Part shown: positions 51,511 through 62,239 of the stretch, in pieces | Numbering within the stretch: the first letter of the stretch is position 1 | Layout: every line of letters starts with the position of its first letter | Assembly: GCF_001194135.2 (NCBI RefSeq) | Contig: NC_068982.1 | Location: 133,743,883 to 133,807,882, forward strand | Length of the DNA stretch: 64,000 nt | Source of the DNA: Octopus bimaculoides | Taxonomy: Eukaryota | Reading direction: 5' to 3' | The notes under the pieces: model-generated | Seen by the model: only the letters and a program-made list of their open reading frames with translations | Database searches by the model: none | Told to the model about the DNA's origin: nothing | Position numbers and translations under genes: made by a program

Positions 51511-52297
51511 GTCAGTGGCTAGGTCACAGATGGACAATGAATATTACACTACTTCAAGGCACAAAACTTAAAGTGAATTTAACAGCTTTGCATGCTTATT
51601 ACATGGCTATTCCATGACAAAACTGCTTACATTATACACCTGTCCTTAGAATTTTACAGGATTTGTTCTTTTATGTTTTATATATAGTCTGGTTCAAATC
51701 CTGGATAGGTCAATTTTTGACACTTAACCAAATCCAACAAAATAATATACTGGAATATAGAACAAGTAATAAAGTTATAGTAAAGCATTGTACTGGAGTC
51801 AGTTTAATCCACTGTCTAAATCCCCATTGCTCTTTTTTTAAATTTTTTTTTTTTACTTGCAAATGTCGACTTTGTGCTTAGTCAAAATAAATCAATATTT
51901 TAGTATTGTGTATAAAAGAAAAAAATGAGAGAAAAAACATGGAAGGAAGAAAGAAGCTGTTGAAACCAAACAAAAAAAAAAGAATGATAATAATTACAGC
52001 GATAATAATGTAAAGTCATGTCAGTGCTTCAGGAGATTTTTAACCAGTGTCTGTTAAAATCATGCTGAAGTACTACTGTGCTTAAGTAAATTGAATCTTC
52101 AACTCGTTTCTATTATATTCTCAAGCAACAGCTGTTGGAGTCATTTGCATACTGCAAATGGTTTAGTTCTGATATAGCTTAGCATTTCATTTTAGACTAA
52201 ACTGGCTTTTATTTTTTCTTTTATTTTTCTCTGCTCCCTCCCCCTCACCTTTTCTCAAAATAAGTTAACCATCCACCTACAGGTATCTTCCTCTTAG

Positions 52298-52414
52298 ACA
52301 TTCTCAGACCCACATTCTATTGAAGTTGAAATTGAATCTGTTAAAAACAACAAAGCACTTATCACTCTCTTGAACAATACACTGGAATTGCAGACATTAG
52401 TTGCTATTCAAGAG
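52298..52414 (+). CDS. Internal coding exon, 117 nt, phase 0-0; TFSDPHSIEVEIESVKNNKALITLLNNTLELQTLVAIQE
   Basis: Acceptor tatcttcctcttag|ACA (the AG is part of an in-frame TAG) and donor GAG|gtattt. 39 open codons with globular-protein-like composition. All three minus frames are closed. Confidence 0.6.
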
Positions 52415-52671
52415 GTATTTATAATTTTCTGTAAGACATTCCACTTGTTGTTGGTGGCGGTGGTGGTTGTTAATTACTCTATTATTCCATTGTTATTGTA
52501 TGAAGAAGAACTGATCAGAGAATATATCTGATATTTTATTGTGAAGCAATGAATTGACTGGAAAATTAAAGCTTTTGGCTAAATAAAATACCTTGCAGTA
52601 TACCAGTCCATCTGAAGTGAAATCTCACCAAGATAAAATACAAAACACCATCAGTATCCTACCCTCCTCAG

Positions 52672-52747
52672 GAAATTGGCCTGATTGCCTCCTCAAGAGA
52701 AACACATAAGCTATTATATTGCAGTGGCAATGTGGGTGAAGCAACAG
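52672..52747 (+). CDS. Internal coding exon, 76 nt, phase 0-1; EIGLIASSRETHKLLYCSGNVGEAT
   Basis: Acceptor tatcctaccctcctcag|GAA and consensus donor ACAG|gtaagc. Open in exactly the phase left by exon 52298-52414. Confidence 0.55.
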
Positions 52748-53001
52748 GTAAGCCTATATCAGACTTGAAACAGATATATTTCAGTTCCTGCTAGAGGGAA
52801 GCTGCTTCACTTCAGTTACATTTACTGATGAATGTCCTTAGGAAAGACATCAACTTCAAAAAATATCCTACTTACCTTATATAACACATTTGTATCTACT
52901 TAAAACATTATATTGTATATAGTTATATTTATAAAGTTCCATGAATTAGAGGAGATAAAACAAAATTTTTCCTTTTTTTTTTTCTTTTATTATCTGAACA
53001 G

Positions 53002-53057
53002 TGTCTCCACCTTACAGCCTCAATACAGAGACCAACCTTTTTTCAAATACCATATGA
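53002..53057 (+). CDS. Candidate terminal exon, phase 1; (V)SPPYSLNTETNLFSNTI*. Alternatively a 66-nt phase 0-0 exon ending at 53067 (CLHLTASIQRPTFFQIPYDLMW)
   Basis: Very strong acceptor ttttttttcttttattatctgaacag|TG. AATAAA at 53269-53274. Two readings are possible. Confidence 0.35.
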
Positions 53058-53477
53058 CTTGATGTGGGTATATGATGGCTAGAATTTCTCTAAATGTTTG
53101 GTTTGCTATGATGGTATTTGCTGCAGAACTTCTTCTTGTGATATCTCCGTCATAGGCAGACGTGTAACATTTTTGTTTAAGAATTAAGTTAAATTCTGAG
53201 AATGTATTTTTACTGATTAATGTGAGTAAAAAGTGTCAAGGAAAAGACAAAGAAAAAATTTAATGATAAATAAATGAATAAGAAAACCTTAGTTGTTATC
53301 AAAAGGCATTTTTGAATTTCTATTTCCTCTATAATCAAGATAAAACTAAACTTTTGATTAATGACAGAGAAGTGTATCTGTGTGAAACATTATCATTATA
53401 GAAGAAAAGAAGTCTTGTGTGAAAATAGAAACAGGAAAAAAAATTGGTTTTAATTATTGCAAGCTAGTGTGTGTGTA

Positions 53478-53517
<40 letters not shown>

Positions 53518-54276
53518 NNNNNNNNNNNNNNNNNNNNNNNNNNNNNNNNNNNNNNNNNNNNNNNNNNNNNNNNNNNNNNNNNNNNNNNNNNNNNNNNNNN
53601 NNNNNNNNNNNNNNNNNNNNNNNNNNNNNNNNNNNNNNNNNNNNNNNNNNNNNNNNNNNNNNNNNNNNNNNNNNNNNNNNNNNNNNNNNNNNNNNNNNNN
53701 NNNNNNNNNNNNNNNNNNNNNNNNNNNNNNNNNNNNNNNNNNNNNNNNNNNNNNNNNNNNNNNNNNNNNNNNNNNNNNNNNNNNNNNNNNNNNNNNNNNN
53801 NNNNNNNNNNNNNNNNNNNNNNNNNNNNNNNNNNNNNNNNNNNNNNNNNNNNNNNNNNNNNNNNNNNNNNNNNNNNNNNNNNNNNNNNNNNNNNNNNNNN
53901 NNNNNNNNNNNNNNNNNNNNNNNNNNNNNNNNNNNNNNNNNNNNNNNNNNNNNNNNNNNNNNNNNNNNNNNNNNNNNNNNNNNNNNNNNNNNNNNNNNNN
54001 NNNNNNNNNNNNNNNNNNNNNNNNNNNNNNNNNNNNNNNNNNNNNNNNNNNNNNNNNNNNNNNNNNNNNNNNNNNNNNNNNNNNNNNNNNNNNNNNNNNN
54101 NNNNNNNNNNNNNNNNNNNNNNNNNNNNNNNNNNNNNNNNNNNNNNNNNNNNNNNNNNNNNNNNNNNNNNNNNNNNNNNNNNNNNNNNNNNNNNNNNNNN
54201 NNNNNNNNNNNNNNNNNNNNNNNNNNNNNNNNNNNNNNNNNNNNNNNNNNNNNNNNNNNNNNNNNNNNNNNNNNNN
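53518..54276. other. Assembly gap of 759 N, flanked by (TA)n. Further 10-N gaps at 15379-15388, 19195-19204, 26942-26951, 35865-35874 and 59709-59718
   Basis: Directly visible. The long X-rich ORFs are artefacts of this gap. Confidence 1.
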
Positions 54277-54330
<54 letters not shown>

Positions 54331-54589
54331 TATATAAAAGAATTATTGCTGTTATCATCAAATGTATCATTAACTTCTTCATCATTTTTTCAACACAATT
54401 ATTTTCACTTTTCCGTGAACTTCAGCCATCAAGGTAGTGGGATAACACCTAACACCTTCATTTTGCACTTCCAGCCATGGCTGTCCTCTCTTAATTATAC
54501 CAAAGCCATACACCAAAAATGAATTCAGGGCATTTTTCCAATGCTCTAAAAATTCTGCCAGTTTACCACTTTTCATAATGGCTTTTGAT

Positions 54590-56490
54590 CTGGGCACAAG
54601 GCTATAAGTCTTGGTGGGAGTTGGATTAATCAGTATCAGTAGCCCCCAGGACTTGACTGATATTTCATTTTATCAACTCTGAATAGACGAAAAGGAAAGT
54701 TGATCTTGGCAGGATTTGAACTCAGAATATAATGGAAGAAGTACTGCAAAGCATTTTTTCAAATACTAGCTCTTCAGCCAACTCACTTTGTTATTGTTAT
54801 TATTATTATTATTATGACGGCAAGCTGGCGGAATCGTTAGCACGCTGGATGAAATGCTTAGTGGTATTTTACTCGCTGCTACATTCTGAGTTCAAATTCC
54901 ACCAAGATCAACTTTGCCTTTCATCCTTTCAGGGTCGATAAATTGAGTACCAGTGAAACACTGTGGTTGATGTAATCAACTACTTCCTCCCCAAATTTCA
55001 GGCCTTGTGCCTATAATAGAAATTATTATTATTATTATTATTATTATTGTTACGACAGCAAGCTGGAGAATCATCAGCACGCCTGGAAAAATGCTTAGTG
55101 GTATTTTTCCCATCTTTACGTTCTGGGTTCAAATTCTGCTGAGGTCAGCTTTGCCTTTCATCATTTCAGGGTTGATAAATTAAGTACCAGTGAAACACTG
55201 GGGTCAATGTAATCGACTTATCCCCTCCCCTAAAATGGCTGCCCTTGTGACAAGACTTTAAACCATTATTATTATTGTCAAATTCTGCTGAGGTCGACTT
55301 TGCCTTTCATTCTTTTGGGGTCAATGCAATAAGTACCAGTTGAGTACTGGGGTAGATGTAATCGATTTAACCCCTCTCCAAAAATTTCAGGTCTTGTGCC
55401 TTTAGTAGAAAGTATTATTACTATTATTAATGATAATAATAATCCTTTCTAATAAAGCCACAAGGCCTGAAATATTGGTGGAAGGGACTGGTCTATTACA
55501 TTGACTCCAGTGTTCCACTGGTACTTTATTTATTGACGCCAAGAGGATGAAAGCAAAGTCAATCTCGACGGAATTTGAACTCAGAACATAAAGATGAACA
55601 AAATGCCACTAAACATTTTGCCCAGCATGCTAACAATTTTGCCAGCTCGCTTCCTTGATAATAATAATGATAATCACAATAATAATGGTTTCAAATGTTG
55701 CCACAAGGGCAGCAATTTTGGGGGAGGGGATGAGTTAATTACGTCAACCCCAGTGTTTCACCTGTAATTATTTTATCGACCCAAAAGGATGAAAGGCAAA
55801 GTAAACCTCAGCAGAATTTGAACTCGGAACAGAGCAACAGGTGAAATACCGCTAAGCATTTCATCCAGCTTGCCGCCTGATGATAATAATAATAATATAA
55901 TAGCCAAAATTTCTTTAATCCTTTCTACTATAAGCACAAGGTCTGATATTTTGGGGGAGGGGGCAAGTCGATTACATCAACCCTAGTGTTCAACTGGTAC
56001 TTATTTTATCAACCTTGAAAGGATGAAAGGTAAAGTCAACCTTGGTAGAGTTTGAACTCAGAATGTAGCGACAGGCAAAATACCGCTAAGTATTTTGTCC
56101 AATATGCTACCAATTCTGTCAGCTCACTGTCTGAATAATAATAATAATGGTTTCAAATTTCGGCAAAGTCGACTTCAGTGGAATTTGAACCCAGAATGTA
56201 AAAACTGACAAAATGCCACTAGGCATCTAGGCATTTTGCTTGGTGTGTTAACGATTCTGCCAGCTCAAAACAACAGTAATAATGGTTTCAAATTTTGGCC
56301 CAAGGCCAACAATTTCAGAGAAAGGGGTAAGTCAATTACATTGTCCCCAGAGTCCAACTGGTACTTATTTTATTGACCCCCCAAAGGATAAAAAGCAAAG
56401 TCAACCGTGACAGAATTTGAACTCAGAATGTAAAAACAGACAAAATGCCGCTAAGCATTTTGTTTGGTATGTTAGTGCTTCTGCCAGCTC
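54590..56490. mobile_element. Array of about 9 family C SINEs: 1 minus, 3 plus, then 5 minus, separated by (ATT)n/(AAT)n
   Basis: Plus copies start near 54815, 55050 and 55280 (GGCAAGCTGGCGGAATCGTTAGCAC...GAGTTCAAATTCC). Minus copies lie at about 55445, 55685, 55920, 56160 and 56280. Confidence 0.9.
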
Positions 56491-56821
56491 ATAATAATAA
56501 TAATAAGTTATGTGGCTGTCTACAAAATACCCTCAGGTCTGAATTTCAAAGATTGTCCAAATACTTATCACAATTCATGAACCCCCACCCCCACCCCACC
56601 AGTCTTTGTTTGAATAGCTTGAATGAGACTATGTAGGTGTCTCTTCACTGATGTGTGTGTATGTGTCTGCACCTATTATATTCATAGCAATAACAGAAGT
56701 CTCTAATTAAGGAAAGAAATCTAAAAAAAAACAAAAAACCCCACTCTATATTCATGTTTACTATTTATAAACACTACAAACAAAAAACAAACTGTTAGAA
56801 CCATTTTATATATACATATAC

Positions 56822-56866
<45 letters not shown>

Positions 56867-57550
56867 ACTTGTACTTGTCTGTGTTTGTACAATAATTATA
56901 ATAGACCTATAAATAGTGTTTTTTTATGTTACTTTTTTAGTGATATATATATTTATGATTTTGGTGTTGTTTTTCCATTGACTTGATGTTATTATTTTTT
57001 AAAAACTTTGTTTATATGTTTATTTGTTTACGCTTCTTCTCAAACAGTGCGGACATCTCTTTACTTAATGTCTGTTCTGTATCGTATTCGTTTTATACAA
57101 ATACATTAATAGTTAAGTGCTAGAATTATTGATATTTCTCTTCCTTCCACCTTCCTTTTGATAGATGCCATCAATAATGTAGATATTGTAAAAATTCTAC
57201 TTTTATTTGTCTAGACAATCTTGTTAGGTTTCACAAAGTAGTGCTATCAATGAATAATATATGTATGTGTATACAAGTGTATGTATGTGTGTGTGTATGT
57301 ATATGTGTGTGTGCACTTATATATTTAAATCAGTGTTTATATGTGTGTATATATGTACCTGTGTAGATCTGGGTATGTATATTTGTGTGCTTAAGCTTAT
57401 ATATTTTTGGGTTGCTTGAGCATATATGTTTGTGCATGTGTGAACAAATATATATATATATATATACACACACTTGTGTGTGTATGTTAGTGTGTGTGTA
57501 AAAATTCTTTGACAGTTTTTAGATTATTTGCTTTAAAGTGGTTTTACTAG

Positions 57551-57561
57551 AAAACTGTCTG
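57551..57561 (+). CDS. Weak candidate microexon, phase 1-0; (E)NCL. Longer same-frame acceptors at 57523 and 57539
   Basis: Consensus donor CTG|gtaagt and acceptor gttttactag. It could splice to 57796-57864 (FYNSPWVLLVKSTLLQAYGPGL*). Confidence 0.25.
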
Positions 57562-57984
57562 GTAAGTAATTGCCTGACTTCAGTTTCAATCCTGACGTCT
57601 GTAGTCTTTTCATTTAAATCTCTGTCTGTCTTTCTGTCTGCTTTTATCCCCTCTCCCTCCCTCCTTCTCTCTCTCTCTCTCTCTCGCCGACATCCTCATA
57701 TTGATGTATTAAAAGCTGAAACTTCTCTGTCATCTCTGACTTTAACATTTGGTTTTCTATTGAGTACTCTCTTTCCCTTTTGTTTATATGCCCAGTTCTA
57801 TAACAGCCCTTGGGTGCTTTTAGTCAAATCCACTTTGTTGCAAGCATATGGTCCTGGTCTCTGATTTGAGGATACCATCATCCCTCCTTCCTTCCTACAA
57901 GTCTCAGAGATACTACAAAGAATTATGGGTCCTACCCTTTTCTTCTGAGCAAAAGATATATATAAAAAAAAGAACCTCTTCCTT

Positions 57985-57990
57985 TCTCTA

Positions 57991-58021
<31 letters not shown>

Positions 58022-58053
58022 GTCTGTCTCTTTCTCTTTCTCTCTCTCTCTCG

Positions 58054-58140
<87 letters not shown>
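57985..58140. repeat. (CT)n microsatellite. Long (TA)n tracts also occur at about 3853, 6425, 6655, 18746, 19448, 32366, 34442, 37062 and 56820
   Basis: Directly visible. Confidence 0.98.
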
Positions 58141-58649
58141 ATTTATGTCTGCAAATATGATTGATTCAAATCTATTTTCATTGTCAGTTGATTGATAATG
58201 TTTAACAAACTCTGAGAATTAAGTTCAACCAGGTCCAGCCAGTTCCTCAACAGATAAAAAAAAATTGATGTTAAAAAGATATGAAAGGAAATAGATGTTT
58301 GTGTGTGATGCTAAAATATATATAGATGGTTAGGTTAAGATAGATGATCATATATGTTGTCTTCTCTTCATATTCTATTATCTTTTGGAAACATGATAAA
58401 TGTTTGTACAACAAAAAATTATAAGCTCCAGGCTGAAGGAAGCTGTTCCAAGTTCAGTTTTGTATTGAGATGAATTCTCTTCACTTACACAACTAATGCC
58501 CATGAGAAAAGCTTGAACATTCTTCATTCAAGTTTTTTCAAAAAAAGGCTGCTGACATGACCAAATCTGCACAGAATAATGGTGATGATGATGATGATAC
58601 CTACCTAGAAGTAATGAGAGAAGAGGAATGATGTAGGTAGAATTGTGCT

Positions 58650-59460
58650 ATAAGACCTCCATAATAGCAATGAACAGGTACTTATCTTGTACAGAGGGCT
58701 GAATGCTGTGGCTTGTGTGCAAACATGAAAGCAGTAAAAAATTACATTCTATTGTCAAGGAAGCTTGCAAATTTGCAAGGGAACTTGGCATTAACCCTGA
58801 CACAGATGAAGAACTTGGAACCACTGCTACAAAGCAAGCAAAACAGATCAAACAGACTGCAAAAAAGAACAGGCAGAACAAATTGAGGAGCAGTGGAGCC
58901 AGAAGCCTCTGCATGGACAGTATATACTCTCAAGCCAAAATGCTGATGTAGACCAAGCAACAACCCATCAGTGACTGAGAAGTTCAGGACTGAAAGCAGA
59001 CACTAAAGGTTTCATATTGGCAGCACAAGATCAAAGCTTGCTTATAAAAAAACTACCAAGCTAACGTTCTTCAAAACAGTTCTGATTCTAAATGCAGATT
59101 CTGCGATACATTTGATGAAACAATAAACCATCTTGTCTCAGGATGTCCTGTGCTGACACCAAATGAATTCAAAAATTGCCATGATAGGGTAAGACAGCAT
59201 TTACATTGGAAAATATGTAAACAGTACAAAATCAGCACTCCTGCTTGATATGAAGGTAAAAATGTCACTATATTCTGGTATTTTCCAGTCAATACTGACA
59301 GAATGATCTAGGTTAATCGACCAGACATAATTATTAAAGACAAAGAAGAAAATACTTGTAGACTAATAGATATTCCCACTGATAAAAATATATCTGTAAA
59401 GGAATTTGACAAACTAAGTAAACATAAGGACCTTGAAATTTAAATACAAAAGATGTTTTT
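58650..59460 (+). mobile_element. Decayed 3' portion of an R4/Dong-like non-LTR retrotransposon (restriction-like endonuclease class)
   Basis: Translation gives WSQKPLHGQY...THQ*LRSSGLKADTKGFILAAQDQSL, the CCHC knuckle KCRFCDTFDETINHLVSGC, HDRV..HLHWKIC and the RLE motif NRPDIIIKDK...LID....KE.DK.SK.KDLE. In-frame stops and frameshifts are present. Confidence 0.9.
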
Positions 59461-61029
59461 CTTCTGTTTTTTTTTTGTTTTTTTTTTTGTATAACCTCCT
59501 GGGTTTGGGCAGTGGCCATGCCTTTCAAAAATCATCTTAGATAGGTGAAGCTGATACCGTTAATGTTTCTCTTGGACCTTTGCAGGTCAACACCTGAAGA
59601 AAAGATGTGGGTGAACAGGGACAGAACTCCAGGGGGATTGCCTTCTGAGAAGGATGGATTGGGCTTAAGGATTAGTGTAGTGTCTGGAGAAGAAGTGGAC
59701 ACAACAAANNNNNNNNNNTCTCTTGGACCTTTGCAGGTCAACACCTGAAGAAAAGATGTGGGTGAACAGGGACAGAACTCCAGGGGGATTGCCTTCTGAG
59801 AAGGATGGATTGGGCTTAAGGATTAGTGTAGTGTCTGGAGAAGAAGTGGACACAACAAAGCTTATGAATGGAGAGGAAAGTGGGTTAGAAATACCTGAGT
59901 GGGTGTGATTAAAGAAAAGTTTGGTTGCTATTTCAATCTGAGTGCTTATGTAATGGCTCCCTTGTGAAGTACCAGAATTGATTTAGTTGGCCAGATTATT
60001 CATTAAATATCGCTGCTTTGTTTCAGTCTCAAAAATCAGTGTTATCTGAAAGCTGTTAATTAATTTCATAATGTATTCCATTAGTTGCACTATTTTCTTA
60101 TTTAGTTAGAAAATTATTGCTGAATTGTAGAAATCTTATCCTGGAATGTTAAGCTTCTTCTTAAGTGTTGATACACTATTATCAAGAAATATCGTATATC
60201 TAGCAGTCACCTTTATTGGCATCAGAGTTTTCTACATTCATCATCATTGCCATCATCATCATTTTTATGTCAGCATTCGAGGCTGGATGTTTTGACAGGA
60301 TCCAATGGGTTGGAGGCTCCTGTCTTACTCCAGTGTTTCAGAAGTTTTGGCATGGTTTCTAAGGTTGGATGCTTTTCCTAACATCAAACAGGATGCCCTT
60401 TGTCTGCTCTTTACCATGCTAAGTGAGATTTATTGAAGCAGTTTTTCTGCAATTTGATGTTCTCCTTGCTGCCAATCCTCATTTGTTTCCAAATAAGGTG
60501 CTATTTCCCCTGATTTTTCAAATGACAAAGCATCCAGCAACCAGACATCTTTTTTTGGCAAGTGTAAGCAATGACACCATTTATAAGGTGATATTAATAC
60601 AATATACAAACAATGTTGAGACAACAAGAATATCCTCCCCACTCATTGTATTTCTTCTTCTCAACCCTTTGCTTCAAATGTCCATGAAAGGGGCTCTTCA
60701 GTCTTGTGTGTTACTAGGCAACCTAATATGTGCTGATACCACAAAAATCCATCCAGTACACTCTGAAAATTGGTTGTTGTTAGGAAGGGCACCCAGCCAT
60801 AGAGATTATACCAAAACTATGACACTGGAGAAAGATGTGATCCTCTGACTCATTGGATCTTGTCAAAATGTCCAACCCCTGCTAGCATGGAAAGCAGATG
60901 CAAAGTGATGATAATTCACACACACACACATGCATGCTCACCTGTTCGTTGCTAGGTTGCCACACTGTTTCTTATTTCTTGATTGCCCACAAGGGGCTAA
61001 ACATAGAGGGGACAAACAAGGACAGACAA

Positions 61030-61460
61030 AGGAATTAAGTCGATTACATCGGCCCCAGTGCATAACTGGTACTTAATTTATCGACCCCGAAAGGATGAAA
61101 GGCAAAGTCGACTTCGGTGGAATTTGAACTCAGAATGTAACGGCAGACGAAATGCATAGTGAGACTGGACGCAAACACCATATGGTTTTGAAGTAAACTT
61201 TTGAATTACACAGCCTTGCCTGAAAAAAAATATATTAAAACTATAGTTTCTATTATGAAATGTTTCTTTCTACTACAAGGTCTGAAATTTGGGGGAGGGG
61301 TATAGTCAATTTCATCAACTCCAGTACTCAACTAGTACTTAATGGATGAAAGGCAAAGTCGACCTCAGCAGAATTTGAACTCAGAGCCTAAAGCCAGAAG
61401 AAATGCCATTATGCATTCTGCCTGGAGTGCTAATAATTCTGCCAGCTCACTGCCTTCTCT
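61030..61460 (-). mobile_element. Two family C SINE fragments, the first young
   Basis: TTTATCGACCCCGAAAGGATGAAAGGCAAAGTCGACTTCGGTGGAATTTGAACTCAGAA. Confidence 0.85.
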
Positions 61461-62239
61461 GTTATAAAATATTTCAATGATTATGCAGTCAAGCCACTTC
61501 CTTTTTTCATTCAGAAATATACTTGGCCATTTTAAATTATGATCCATGTTGTAGAGTTTATTTTCATTTATCTTGTTTCCTTGTTAACATTTCTGTTAGT
61601 TTTGAGTTTCACATCATGGACTTCGAGCAGTATTCTTGCAGCACTTAACTTCAGAATCTCTGCACCGAGTAAAATTGTTAATATACTTGCATATCCCAAT
61701 GGATTTTCACTCTTTATAGCTTTTCTAACTACTCATTTACAAGAGGAATTTCTCTATTCTTAAAGGTCATTTAGTGGAGTGACAGCTTTCATGGAGATAT
61801 TTTCTTTTCCGAAAAATGATTCATCAAACATATTATGGCATTTCAATTCAAAGGATTATTATTATTATTGTGTTCTTAAAAATCACAAATTGCCACTGTG
61901 GTATTGGATATTCTATAATTGTCTTTTATTGTTATGATAATTACTGACAGCAGAATTATGTGAGATCGCAACAGTCCTGCACACGTGTTTACTGACCTGT
62001 AGTAAGACAAGCTCACTATTTATTATAAAAGGTGGACAAAAATGACTTTGTTAATTGACAACTTGTCGAGTGTGAAATAATGCCTATGTCAGATATTGAC
62101 TTCTTGAAATTACAAATTACCTCACCATTAAACAGACTTCAGCTTTGTATTCAAAAACCTTTAGAATAAAATAAAATCCTACATACAAACTGTTTTTAGA
62201 TCTGATGATGGTAATGATAATGATGATGCTGGTGGTTTC

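Noticed and set aside
53419-54522. Six ORFs of 287-367 aa
   Set aside because: They consist of X residues from the 759-N gap plus (TA)n translation.
59568-59859. Perfect 141-bp direct repeat (59568-59708 and 59719-59859)
   Set aside because: The identical copies sit either side of a 10-N gap, the signature of an unmerged contig overlap rather than a real duplication.
61539-61800. 74-aa plus ORF and protein-like minus-strand frames
   Set aside because: No recognisable motif or splice context. It may be an old transposon remnant but cannot be supported.
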